Positions 14,401 to 27,114 of a stretch of 64,000 nt of DNA are shown here, piece after piece. This DNA comes from Microbotryum violaceum (taxonomy: Eukaryota), in NCBI GenBank assembly GCA_001244265.2, contig CDLV01000009.1:124001-188000 (forward strand). Reading direction: 5' to 3'. The notes below the pieces were generated by a model, which did no database searches, had not been told where the DNA came from, and was given only the letters and a program-made list of their open reading frames with translations. Within the stretch, counting starts at the first letter, position 1. Each line of letters begins with the position of its first letter. The position numbers were made by a program, and so were the translations under genes.

Positions 14401-15165
14401 CCGCTCGGTCTGTTAGCAAGCTCTCCCCAATTCGACTCGCCTCGAATGATCCGAAAAAAATTGCTGCTCATCTGTCGTGTAAACGAACCTTGGCCTGCGG
14501 CGTATACTGATACATCTCCAACTTTTTCCTCCTCCCGAACCTCACCGTCTTGCCTTCCAACGTCGTTGCTGAAACGGGGACGGTCTCGAGGTAGCCCGGT
14601 CTTGAGAGGGAGAGGTTAACGTTGGTGAGATCGGAGAACGGGGTCGTGTAGTCGTGGGTTAATGAGCTGGTGCGTGGGGCCATAGGAGGGACTGCGACGG
14701 TGGGTGGAGGTGAGTTGATGGATGGGTAAGCTGCTGGCAAATGAAAGATAGCGGGATCAGCTTGCCTCCCCCTCAAGCGTAAAAGCAAGTCGCTGAAGTC
14801 GCTACAGGCCACTGACCTGCTGCTCGACCCGATCCGAACTCCCCGACCGCCTCGACCTCATCTTCATCCATCGCACCAAACCCGTCCTCCTCTTCAAACC
14901 TAGTCGTCTTCCCCTTTTCCAAACTCGAACCTTCCCCCACTCCCATCAGTGAATACTGCTGCCCAATGCCATTCCCATTCGTAGCGTCCTCCGAGCGTAC
15001 TCGATCCAGCTCGTTCGCGTCGGACGCGTCGACGCGCGTCTCGTTCCATAACGAAGTCGATGATCCAGCCACCATTTGACTTGCCCTTGGTCGTTGTTGT
15101 TCCTCTTCTTCGGCTTCAGCCAAAGCAACCGCGTCTTCAAAATCAGGATCGGCTTCAAAAATCAT
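11498..15165 (-). CDS. CTF18: Chromosome transmission fidelity protein 18 (RFC-like AAA+ clamp loader), multi-exon
   Basis: WTDRYKPKRFTDLLGDE; WLKEWDQCVF; Walker A GPPGLGKTT; EVNASDDR; Walker B IIDEVDG; RPIICICNDL; GDLRSCLNTLQ; C-terminal YRFHEGFSNAVR. Confidence 0.93.
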
Positions 15166-15248
15166 GTCGACGTCTTTTCGTTGAAGGTGGTAGAAATCGA
15201 GCGAGGCGACAAGAATGGAGGCGAAACTCGAGTCGATCGCGAGTCACG

Positions 15249-15254
15249 ACGCGT
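15249..15254. promoter_or_regulatory. Possible MCB (ACGCGT) G1/S element upstream of CTF18
   Basis: CGACGCGTCG palindrome ~85 bp upstream of the CTF18 ATG. The hexamer is common in GC-rich DNA. Confidence 0.3.
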
Positions 15255-15497
15255 CGAAAGCCCGGTTTGAATCCTTAGCGTGAGCGCACGGACCTCCACC
15301 CAGCAGCTCGATCACTTTAACTCCCAGAATGGGCCAAGTCGAATTACAGGGCCTGAACAGGTTTTCGCCCCCCTACCTCAAACTCATCTCAGAGACCCAA
15401 CTCAACAGAATCAATAAATCTCCGAATTGCCCCCCCCTCCCCGCTAAGAATACAAAATACCCCCCTCCAAAACAGGCCTCCTTCAACGACGCCCAAC

Positions 15498-17742
15498 TTA
15501 AATCGATAACCCCGCCATCGCCGCCGCCGCCGCCGCCTGTCTGCTGCGTTCCTGCTGCTGCTGATCACCTCCCTCGAAAGACACTCGAATACTAGGTTCT
15601 TCACCACCCCCTTGTGCATGTTCTTGATCCAATTGAGCCTGCGCTAGATCACGGGCTTTTTGAATGGCTAAAGATCGCGCGCTCATCCGATGAGAAATGT
15701 ATTCCTGACCGATGATTCTGCACCAAAATTTCAAGCAATTTGTCAATGACGGGACCCAAATCCCACACCTAGGAGATAAAGGTTCACTCACTCGACTGAT
15801 CTTCGAATCACTTCAACCATCAGATCCTCAACCCACTCGTTCTCCTCGAAAGGAATGTCCAACCAATTTGCCGGTAAACTCTGACTCAAACTGACGTGTT
15901 TCAACCCGTGCGTGGGGTCGTTCAAGACCAACAGGAAGAAGAGCGCTTTTGCTGATGAGGTTGTGACAGATCCTTCGGTGGGTGAGATGGTCGTAAGAGA
16001 AGTAGGGAGGAAAGGGATAGGTGCGAGACAGGGTTGAATGCGCATGTAGATGGGGCAGGTCGTGACGGGGACGGTGATACCCCCTCTGCGGTCTTTGAGT
16101 TGTTCGCATTCGGAGCAGGAGAAGGCTTGAACGTCGTCTTGATCAATTGGTCCAAATTGGCCTGTGAGAGCTTCACACCGTCAGGAACTGCAGACATTGC
16201 GCAGGTTTCAAGCGTCGGCTCCTGAGGATGCTACGGAATGAGAACTCACCTCGGCCAGTTTCCAGGCCGCTTCGAGCCCTTCGACGAGGTTGAGATCGCG
16301 TTCCTCGTCGTTGGATTCGGAGTGACGTTGCGTTTCTTGATCGCCCTTATTGACAATCAGGGTCCCTCCTTCGACTTGTTCCATCACCTGACGACACAAG
16401 GCATCAGTCCGTAGCTCAATTATTACCTGGACCGATCCTCGCGTACTCACTTTGGACAAACTACTATACACCAACTGCTCGACGCCATCGTACCCAATCA
16501 TATCATGACTCAAGCTAACCTTCAACAGCTCATGTTCGGCAATAGGGGGCGCGACCGCATTGATCAAATCCGTTAAACTCTTCAACGTCGAACTTTTGAG
16601 GTCTTTACCCAATTGATCGAAATGAACGTTCGAGGCGAGGCCCATCACTTTTTTCGCTTGTTCGTTCTCGCCGAGAGCTTTGATCAGTCCTCCGGGTAGG
16701 GAGGAGAGTCCACCTTCTTTGGCTTGTTGGGTTGCGGATAGGACTTGTTCTTCTGCGACGGTGCGAGCGTGGGCGACCACGTGCGATGCTTGTTGCACCA
16801 CGTTCGACGCCTGGGACCACATCGAGGACCAGCCCCAGCCTCCAGCATTGTTGTTCGCTGCCGCCGAGTCGTTCGAGCTTGGCGCTGTCGCATTCGTCGT
16901 GGTAGGTGAAGACATATTATGTTGATAGGTCGGAGGCGAAGTGCTCAACGCATTCGAGCTATTGGATGCCGGAATACGGGTCGACCTAACGCTATCGGTG
17001 CTCCTCCTAGGTGGTGGCGCGGACGAAGCGGTGGACTGAATGCTCGTCCGACTCGTACTACGACTCAAAGATGATGGCGCGGTTCCACCTCCCGTTGTTC
17101 GAGGTGCGGGTAAGGGCCTCGCCTGTACGGGATGGGTCGGGGTCGAGGAACGTTGGGTGATCTCGTCGAGAAAATCGAGGACGGATTGGGCTTCGGTCGC
17201 GTTGCTGTTGGCGGTCGCGGGGTTGGCTGTCGACGAGGAGGCTGGGTTCGCAGAGGAAGGTGCGGTGGTTGCGTTTCCCGGGGTTCCTGTCGAGATGCCC
17301 AAAGAAGAATTGTTCTGGGATGACCGGAGTGAGCCCTGTGGTGGGGGTGCTCCAGCTGCTCCGGTCGCGCCTCGGGCGTTGGTCGAGTTGGAGAGCGTGT
17401 GCGTGGTGGCCGTACGCGAATTGGCCGACGAAGCCAACACCGACGGAGCGGAAGGACGAACCGACCCCGAGCTAGTCGTGCTGGTCGTCGGCTTGGGGTT
17501 GGAATAGTCGTCGAGCGATTCGAGGAACTGCAACACGTCGTCCCTGCGCGGTGAGAAGAGTCACGCACCAGCCAAGTCGGGCGGTCGTGGAGGTGGCGGT
17601 GCTCGTCGAAGCGTCAGCGAACGTGGTCAGCGTGTACACGTCGCCGCGTGTTCTCCTACCTCGCATGTCCTCCACCACTCGAGGAGGCTCCTGTTCGGGA
17701 AGACGGTGTGGGCCTGTTGGTACTGCTGTTGAGGTTCGACAT
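15498..17742 (-). CDS. MTC1: Maintenance of telomere capping protein 1 (Mtc1)-like, multi-exon
   Basis: N-terminal DDVLQFLESLD; GGWGWSSMW; TDLINAVAPPIAEHELLKVSLSHDMIGYDGVEQLVYSSLSKVMEQVEGG; SQSLPANWL...EWVED; IIGQEYI. ATG 17742, intron after GHAR. Confidence 0.8.
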
Positions 17743-17993
17743 GGCTGTCTGCCTTGCTGCGCGCTTCAAAGTGTGTGTGCACGAGGGCCAAGACAACGAG
17801 TCACCGCGCGCGGGGGCACGTCGCGCGCTGGACCATTACTAGTTACTAGGTCAAATCAGCATTACATAGGTAGAAGCGGGAGCTTGTAGAAGTCCGTTTT
17901 CAGTCGCACGCCGGCCAATCGCTAGCAAAAAACGATGGCCACATCTTAAAACGATGTGTTGGCTGGTATTATACATTGCATTATGCTAAGGCT

Positions 17994-19211
17994 CTACTTG
18001 TCCCGCTTGGCCACCGCGAAATGAGCCGCCGGTTTATTCCTCCCCGAAGCCAAAGGTCGAGCGATCGTAGCTGTGTGAAAGACACAGAATGCTGACGCAT
18101 CAGGTTCTCGATCTCACCCCACAAAGTAGAGCTCTATATCTACTCACGAGCCTTCCTCGTCCCTTCGGCCTGCAACAACAACTGCCTCTTCTTATTCCTC
18201 CGCATCTCGTGCTCGCTCACCTCCTTGGCCCCATCATCCATCCCTAAACCCAGTAGCATCTTGCTCTCCCTACTCATCCCTTTCTTGCCATCCTTTCTTC
18301 GTTTTCGAGAATCTTCGGGTATGGGACGGGGTTTGCCTTGGTCCAAGACGGCGACTTTACGCTTGGTCGAGTAGAGACGCGAGGTGAGGAATTTGGCCGC
18401 CGAGGTGTGCGAGGGAAGAGCGGTGGTGGCGAGGGAGGCGGGTGTCCGACTTGTTGTGACCAAGTGCTGAATTGTTACGTCACTGAATTAGAGAATCAAG
18501 GACGAATCAGCGTTTCCTATAGTAGCAGCTCGTTCGCAAGCCACCGTAACCCAACGCACCCAAGCTGTCGACTCCCTCCCTCTTTCACTTCCCTCTCCCT
18601 CTCCTCCTTTCTCTCCCTCGCTAACCTCTTCTCCTCCTTTGCCCTCAACTTTGCCCCTCTCTTCCCTTCCCCCGGTCCAACTTGAGGTGCAGGTTTGTAC
18701 AATTCGCCCGCTTGAGCGAACAAATTCGGATCAAGGTAAGAATGTTTCGCCTGGGGGACTGAGGAGGTCGAGGAGGAGGTCGAGGCTTGTGGTGATGAAA
18801 GTTCTTCTTGCTCATGTTCCGGAACATCTTGTTCCTTTGAAGCGGATTCATCCACTTTCTCAACTTGTTCCTGCCTTAATCGGGACAACTTTGCCGCCTT
18901 TAATTTACGATCGCGTTCCTGATTCTTCTTCCTCTGTTGTTCCTTCGCACTGTCAAAAAATTGCGCGAGGGTCATAACCCCGGTAAGGCCCTCAGTTCAG
19001 TGAAACAAGGGGGGTCCGTGTAAGATCGTCAAGTTGCTCGAACTGACCTCCTCCCCCTCTCTCCTTCCTGGCGTTGCTGCTCCAATCGGATCGACTTGGC
19101 CTTTGATAACGATACCTCCTCGGGCGCTTCATCGTCCGAACTTCCCTCGGAGTCCACCGATTCAGGTTGAGATAGTGTAGGTGGTCGAGGGTGTCGGCTG
19201 ATGGATGCCAT
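17994..19211 (-). CDS. Small charged protein, possibly U3 snoRNA-associated/nucleolar (Bud21/Utp16-like); multi-exon
   Basis: SSDDEAPEEVSLS acidic motif, then a K/R/E-rich coiled coil (EQQRKKNQERDRKLK) and a basic C-terminus. GT-AG introns join ORFs 19029-19211, 18517-18975 and 18140-18463. Confidence 0.55.
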
Positions 19212-19833
19212 GATCTAGGCTTGGGAGGCTGTAGTGGGTCGTGGTATGCGGAGGGTGTGAGAGAGGTGTGTGGGTCAGAGCGCGCGCGAGGACGGGAATT
19301 GGCCGAGGTGGCTGCGAAGCTCAATACGCGCTTACCTTATGATCGGAGGCTATCGGGGGTTCCTAATCCCCGCGCAAGTCGGCTAAAAGCCAGTATAGTG
19401 GCATGTGAATTCGACTGACTCCTGTGTGATGACAATCGAGCGCGGGCTGTTTTTTTCCGACGAAATGACTTGATTTTTTATGATTATTTCGGTCGACAAG
19501 ATTGTACTGGGTTCACACGCTAGTACCACAGTCTTCAATTTGTGTACATTGCAGTGTCGTTCCGAGCCCTCGACCAAATGTGGGGGTCCTACCACGAGTT
19601 TTAAGTCATGAATTACAGCTACAATCGGACTTTTGCTCCCGATACACGTCCCACTGGGATTCTCCACTTGAGACGTAACATCTCCATCCGAAGCGCAGAT
19701 CACGTGAGCGCACTTCCCTTCCGATCGCCGAGGACTCGCGCGCGATGATTGAAGCGAGCGAGCGCTCGTTTCCTTCCCTCACACTCCACCTTCCAACAAC
19801 ATCACAGTCTTTACCGGATCCTGTAACGCAATC

Positions 19834-21842
19834 ATGATTGTACGAAGTACAACTCACAAGGTCTTGTACCTGAGATCAGGTGAGTACATTTCCTTCCCTG
19901 GCAAGATCCCTCCCCCGCTCGCCTCACTGCATGGGGACGGAGGTGTCTTGCACTTCGCTTGCGTCGCCGTCAGCTTCAGCTACTACCTCGAGTCCGCTAA
20001 CGCATAACAAAAACCTTCTTCCATCCAGCTACACCAATTCGCGCATATTTTCCGTCGAGCAAACTAGATCGCTCGTTCTCTTCAAATTATCTGCCCCTGC
20101 AACAGCAGCAAGTTGAATCGCACCGAACCAGTACTCGGAGCTCTTCGTCAGCTAGTAGTAGCGTGGTTGGTGGTGATGAGAAGAAGAAGTTGAAAGAGCA
20201 GCAATTTCAAGCGGATGAACTCTCGTCTGCTTTTATCAACGCCTCAATGTCTTCTTCCACGTACACCAACGGGCCCTCAGAACCTTCACCCACATCATCC
20301 GAAGAATCGGTCGCCCAATCCGAAGCCGAAGCCGAAGTCAAAGCTCTTCACTCGACCTCTTCCTTCCTCGCCGCTCAAGCCGAGCTCGAAGAAGAGCGCG
20401 AAGTCGAAGAAATTGGTGAACGTCTCAAGGCTCAGAAGAAACTCGAGGCGAAGGTTCAAGGTCAATTTGAGGCTTGGGATGGGGATGAGACGAGGGAGAG
20501 AATGATTAGGAGAATCTTGCAGGATCAGTATAAGCCTTTGAGAGTTAAGGTGAGTTTCATGACGGTCTATCTTGGCGATGGGGGGGGGGGGGGGGGGGGG
20601 GGCTGTTTTAATTGAGAGCGTACTTTTTTTTTCGGTCACGAGTAGGGATACAAGAAATCGATTATCGGTGAACCGACAGTCGTTCATCCTTCCGTGTTCG
20701 CTACCACCGAGGACCCCGGGTCCTCCAACTTGATCCCTACTGGAACGACCTCGAACCAAGAGGATGTGCCCACATCTCGCCCGAAGAAACCCTGGGAATA
20801 CGAATACAAAGCTCCCACCTCGCACGGGACGTCGTACACGTATCCACAATCTACACGTTCCTCACTGTTGATCCGGACCGGTCCTGCCAAAACGACCCCA
20901 TCTCAACGCCTAGCTTCAGCACGCGAGAAAACGTTGGATTATACTTTTGGAGTGGGAGTCACTTGCCCCGACGGTGGTGGTAGAACGCGAGTGATGGTTC
21001 CTTCTTTCGAAGCCGAATTCGAAGCGGTTTCAACTGAAAAAGGTGGAGATAGCCTTCGGGCTTGGGATGGGTTCGTGGAGGATAAGGTTAATCAAGCGAT
21101 TCGCAATGGGTTGTTCAAGGATTTGAAAGGTCGTGGGAAACCATTAAAGTTCGACGAGGCGGAAAGTAATCCTTTTTTACCTATTGAGGATCGATTGATT
21201 AATCGGGTGGTGAAAGCGCAAGGGGCTATGCCACCCTGGATTGAGCTGCAGCAAGGTCAGTCAGGACGGTGAAAAGGGAGCCGAGGGAATTCGTCTGGAC
21301 TGAATTGATTTTTTTTTTTGGTGACAGAATTGCAACTGAACCTTTCGGCATTTCGGAATGAACTTCGATCTGCGTACACGCGACGAGTGACTCGCATGCT
21401 CTCCCTTGCCGGAAACTTGTCCCGTTCAAGCGTGGCGACCGTGCTCAATGACAGTCACCGTGACGATGAATGGGAAGAGAGGGAACGATCTTATCACCTC
21501 GCTTCGATCGGTTCTCTGAACGCGCTCACGAGAAGATTCAACATCGTTGCGCCTTACACCGCTCGACGAGGTTTACTCGATCTCGAAAGGGAATTGGAAG
21601 CTTGTCGGAGGTATTGCAAGCCTTGGATCGCGGACGAGTTGATCAAACGGATTGAAGGGAGGTCAGAGATGGTTTTGAAGGGCGAAGAGGGTGGGGGTAA
21701 AGGGTTGGGGAGCCAAGACGGTGAGCAGGTGAAGGATAGGGGAAAGGTCGAGGAAAGGTTTTGGCCGGCGCTGAGGAGAGGAATTTGGGAGTTGCTGGGG
21801 ATTGGGGGGAAAGCTCTTGCGCAAGGGGAACGCCAAAAGTAG
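19834..21842 (+). CDS. DUF1992 (DNAJC28 conserved domain) protein, probably mitochondrial; multi-exon
   Basis: RMIRRILQDQYKPLR; FVEDKVNQAIRNGLFKDLKGRGKPL; INRVVKAQGAMPPWIELQQE; RRFNIVAP. ATG 19834, GTGAGT donor at 19880, R/S-rich N-terminus. Confidence 0.8.
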
Positions 21843-22091
21843 AGTTGATGGGTGAAATCTTGATATTGTAGCCATAGATTTTGAGAGATGACCGTCGCCG
21901 ACGTTGGGTTGGTTTTTCTCGAGTGGCGTCAATTGCGCATTAGAGAAAAGCTTTACCCCATTACGAGGCTCGCTCTTCCCTCTGCGCGGTGCGGACTTGT
22001 TTTGGGGGACGCGATTCGTGGCCTAGTCGTCCTCGCCTTTCCCCCCTATAGACGCTATCTGCACCCCCCGCTCGCTTCTCGTCATCAAAAA

Positions 22092-23541
22092 ATGTAGGTC
22101 TTCTCTACCACTCCACTCTCGATCGAATGAATGCTGACGGCGGTGATCTCTCTCTGCTGCTGCTGTGCGTTCGAACGATGGATGACGCTCACTGATTCAC
22201 CGGTGCGACGATGGCGCTGTGGCCACTCTCCACGTTGGGTGTATGCTCTACCTCGCTCACACGCCAATCAGGGCTGCCGAAATGCCCACGTTCAAGCTCG
22301 TTCTCGGTGAGTCGAGTTGTTGGAGCTCGTACGCTCGTGGCTGCGGTGATCGAACGCCGGCCGCCGTCTGAGCTGCCGGGCCAAACACAGACGACCTTCG
22401 TCGCACCCACGCCCATCCACGCCTAGCCGTCACCCGGCCGGCCTCGGCTCGCCCCAGTGTGCAGCATCACTCGCCACGCTGCTTACTCCTCGCATCCTCC
22501 ATCTCGATCGTTCATCCTTGGCCACTCTTACTGACCATCTCCCTCCTGCAGTCGGTGACGGTGGAACGGGAAAGACCACTTTTGTCAAGCGCGTACGTGA
22601 CTTGCCTCCCCGCGCGTATCTACTCTCTAATTCACCTCAGCTGAGCCTTTGTTGGATTCTCCCTCACAGCACTTGACTGTAAGCTACCCCAATTGATGGC
22701 CTTGTTTCCATGTCGACGACTGTGACCCTGCGCGCCGAGCGAGCGTCGACGTCACCCATCTCTTCTCGTTCGAAATGACCCACCCGACTCATGTACGCTA
22801 TCTCTGTCCACCTCGCTCACAGGGTGAATTCGAAAAAAAGTACATTGGCAAGTCACACATCCATTTCAGAGCTGCCCCCATGCACCTCCCGTTCCTTGGG
22901 CTTATTCCTATTCCCGCCCCCTAACAGCTACACTCGGTGTCGAGGTCCACCCTCTCACCTTCCACACCAACTTTGGCACCATCTGCTTCAACGTGTGGGA
23001 CACCGCAGGACAAGAAAAGTTTGGTGGTCTTCGTGACGGTTAGTTGGAGCAAACTCCTTCGCTCGCCCGTCGAGGCGGAACACTTCCAGTCCTGACGTAG
23101 CGAGCGCACTTTTTTACAGGCTACTACATCCAGGGTCAATGCGGCATCATCATGTTCGACGTCACGTCCAAGATCACGTACAAGAACGTACCCAACTGGC
23201 ACCGCGACCTCGAGCGCGTGTGCGAATCGATCCCGATCGTTTTGTGCGGCAACAAGGTTGACGTCAAGGAACGAAAAGTCAAGACGGGCGCGGTGACGTT
23301 CCACCGCAAGAAGAACTTGCAGTACTTTGAAATTTCGGCCAAGTCCAACTACAACTTTGAGAAACCGTTCTTGTGGCTCGCGCGTAAATTGGTCGGTAAC
23401 CCCAACCTCGAATTCGTCGCTTCGCCGGCGTTGGCTCCACCCGAGGTGCAGGTCGATGCGGCTTTGATGCAACAGTACCAGGCCGAGTTGGAGAAGGCCT
23501 CGGCCGCACCGTTGCCTGATGAAGAGGATGCGGATTTGTAG
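22092..23541 (+). CDS. GSP1: Ran GTPase (GTP-binding nuclear protein), 7 coding exons including micro-exons
   Basis: Spliced product [47 protein letters not shown]...[17 protein letters not shown]...NKVD...[14 protein letters not shown]...LPDEEDADL. Confidence 0.97.
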
Positions 23542-24090
23542 ATGCGTGTGTGTGTGTGTGTGTGTTCGTTTGACTGTTTTGTTCTGTCTTTAGCTTTCCT
23601 TTCCCACTTTTACTCCTTTTCTACAAATTACCTCGCTCGTATGATGAGCCCCAAATCCGATCCCTCCCAATTTTACTGCTAAAACCGCCCCGCTGCTCTT
23701 TCTCTTTCTCTTTCTCTTTCTCTTTCTCTTTCTCGCTATTGTGGAATTCACACAAAAGAGATCACCTGACCAAGGAATTGCATCTAGAATTCAAAAAAGT
23801 TCCTTTTACAACTTGGGAGATGTGGCAAAGCTGGTCTTTTCCGAGCGGGGGGGACACCAGACACCACTGGAAGTCGGGGGGGGGGGAGGGGAGGGGGGAT
23901 TAACAGCCCCGTTTCGCATTTCTAACCCCCCCGCGCGCGCGTTACAGAGAGATGACATTTAGCCCTTTTTCATTCATTCACACCCAACCCCACCCACCTC
24001 ATCGCCCCTACCTCAACCTCGACCTCCCCCATCTCCCTAATCTTTAGGGATTCTCGTTGATTTGTTCTCCGTTCCCACCAAGAAAGGGCC

Positions 24091-24285
24091 ATGCAAGATG
24101 ATGAAACGTTGGCAAGATCAGAACTTGTCATCCTTGAGGAGCTGTCGAGTAAGCACTCTTTGATTACTACTAGTACGAAAGAGAAGGAGGGATTAGTCTC
24201 ACGAGGAGAGGAAGGTGATCTAGTGATTGGATTGAAAAAGGAAGAAGAGGTGGTGGGGAAGGTGTTGCACCAGTCACGAGACGGA

Positions 24286-24318
<33 letters not shown>

Positions 24319-27076
24319 ACGACGGTCGTACGGGCTCAGAGGGGGACCACCAGTGGGGTAGAAGATGCTGGGGAGCAGCAGATGGAGGGTACGACATTCG
24401 TTCCTACTGCTACCACGTCGACGGGGACGGAAACAACTGAGGGAACCACTGCGACGCCACCACCACCACCAACAGCAGCAGTCGCCGCCGAGTCGTCACC
24501 CGCTTCGAGCAGCCACCCAACCCCTACAACAACGATCACTCCCGTCCCCTCCCAACCACTGCCACCACCCCTCTCAAAATCACCTGCCCCAGGATCATCG
24601 ACGACGACGACGACCAAAAAGTTCCAGTCGTCGTTACTGGTCAACAAAAAGTTCCTCGAAAAGGCGGGGGACAAGACCAAGCCGACCTCTTTGACAGGTA
24701 GCGCTTCACCCGAGCTCAAGCCTAATCAGAGTCAGTTCACTATCCACCGCCGCGATTGTTTTTCTTTGCGGCTGATCGTCTAGGGTACGTTCCTTCTCCT
24801 CAGTCCGACCGTCACCTTCAACTTTGAACGCGACGACCAGTTCGGCCACCGCCACTTCCGCTGGACTACCCCGTTTGTTATCGGGCAAGATCTCCCTCAC
24901 CATGGGCAGCGCATCCAATAGCTCGTCCAACTCGTCCCCACTGGGGAACAAGAACTCGAGTTCGTCGTCCTCGGCTGCAGGAGGGACCGGTTCAGGTGGA
25001 GCGGCCACTCAACCGACGACGACGTGGACCAAGACTCCCGTTCCTGCACAACCTTTACCTACACCCACCTCAGCACCAGGGGGTCTGACCTCCGAAGACC
25101 GAGCCTTTGGTCGACGACCACCCAGCGCCTTCTCCAGTACCAGTGGGGGTCGTACCGACCAACCCTGGGTTCGCGGCGCTCCACATTCGCTCGATTTCGG
25201 CGCGACCGAATTCCCGACCGCGGCCGAAGCAGCGAATGCAAAAGCGTTGAGGGCACAACAAATTTTGGAACAGATGCAATCGAGGGATAGAGCGATTCAA
25301 GCTAGGGCGGCGGCGGCGGCCAAGGCGAATGCGCATCTTTTGGAAGGGTTGGATGCGTTCAGAGGAGTGCATTTGGATCCGAATGCTAGTCATTGGGATG
25401 AGGTGAGTGAATATGGTGATGGTGATGGTGGTAATTGGATCTTGGATAATGACTCATCATTTTTATTTTTTTTCTTTCTTTCTTTGGTGCTCCGTTAGAT
25501 GGGCGACGAGGATGATAACTTTCTCGACGATACGATCGAGTTTGCCGATGGGACGCAGTACAAGATCTCCGAAGTCGCCGCGGCCAACAACAACACGAAT
25601 GAGCTCAAGGAACCTTCACCTGAAGAGATGGGCAAGCTCGAAGCGCCTTTGGCACCAGGGGAAAAAATGGAGGAGCCCAGTCGACAGGAAAGGTTCAAGG
25701 ACGATTTCGATCGATCTTATGGTGGGTCGAGGGCGGCGAATGATTCTTCATCGAGGAGGGAACCTACCCATGCCTCGACGGTATCGAACGCGAATGGTCC
25801 TTCGGGTGCACCGCCTACCAGGACCTTGTTCAATGCCAAAGAAGGGAGGATGGAACCCACCGCGCCTTCATCATCATCGAGGTCATCGGGCCCTTCAACA
25901 AGGAGGTTATCGAACGACGTCGTCTCCATCGCGAAAAGAGGCGATATCACCTCCCCTCGATTAGAGAAGGCCAGTTTACCCCCCGCACCCGCAACGAACC
26001 CATGGGGTCGGGTACCACCTACGAATGCGGTACCTATTTCGACGACGGCGCGAAGGTTGAGCATGAATGCGGGTGGGGAACGACAGTTGCCGCCTCATAT
26101 GATGCAGGCGAATCAGCATCCGTCTGTCGCACAGACGAGGAAGTCGGTGCTTTCCCCTCCCCGAGCGAGAGAGCCTTCCTTACCTTCGACTTCACCCTCG
26201 GCACCAGCACCAGCACCAGCACCAGCACCAGTACAAGCACCAGCACTGAAGGAAGCCATCGCCCCTCCCCCAGTCCTTGAACCCGTCGAAGACCTCGAAG
26301 CGCGTCAAGCGCGCGAAATGCATGCCGCTGCTGAACGAGCGCGAGTAAGGCGACAAGAAGAGGAGAGGGAACGTGTCGCGCAGGCCGAACGGGCGAAGAA
26401 GAAGGCGCAGGAATTGGAGGAGAGGATGAAGGCGGCAGAGGAGGCGAAGAAAGCACCTGTCGTGGTTCAAAAAGAGGTGTCGCCTTCGCAGGCGGCGCCC
26501 AAGGTTGATACATGGAGGAGGACTTTGGGTCCAACTGCGCCGGCGGGTACTTTGACTGCACCATCCAAGACGACGGCCACGCCACCTGTGGTCACTTCAC
26601 CACCTAGCGTTCGAACTGAGCCGATTCGGATCTTGTCGAGAGAGCCCAAAGAGTCCGCACCTCCGCCGCACGTCGCAATCACCAAAGCGTCGTCTGTGCC
26701 ACCTGTGAACGAATCCAAGCCGACATCCTCAGCCACGAATTTAACCGCACGAGCGCCTCTGGAACCTCAGGACCGAGCGTGGCGACGCGCCGATGTCCCG
26801 AATGGGCGTGGCAATGTTCCTCCACCACCTACGACGGGCTATCGACAACCTCCTCCTCATCTCCTGGCTCAGGCCGCGAATGCGAACAAACACGAGGCGC
26901 GTGTTAGCGAGCGAGAGCGAAGGGTTTCGGGGAACGCCGCGTCTTCTTCTGCGACGATGGAGGCCAACCTCGAGATCAAGCTTGCTTCGTCGAACAAGAC
27001 GACACCGCCTCAAGCCTCGCCATCGTCCGCGACAGGAGTCGAGACGATTACTTCGCCGAGACGTGGGAATCGAGGT

Positions 27077-27114
<38 letters not shown>

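Noticed and set aside
11498-17742. CTF18 next to MTC1 as a chromosome/telomere-maintenance cluster
   Set aside because: Only the names link them; nothing in the sequence shows co-regulation, and the neighbours are unrelated housekeeping genes.
19420-19500. GTGATGA C-box-like motif (possible box C/D snoRNA)
   Set aside because: No suitably placed D box or terminal stem found.
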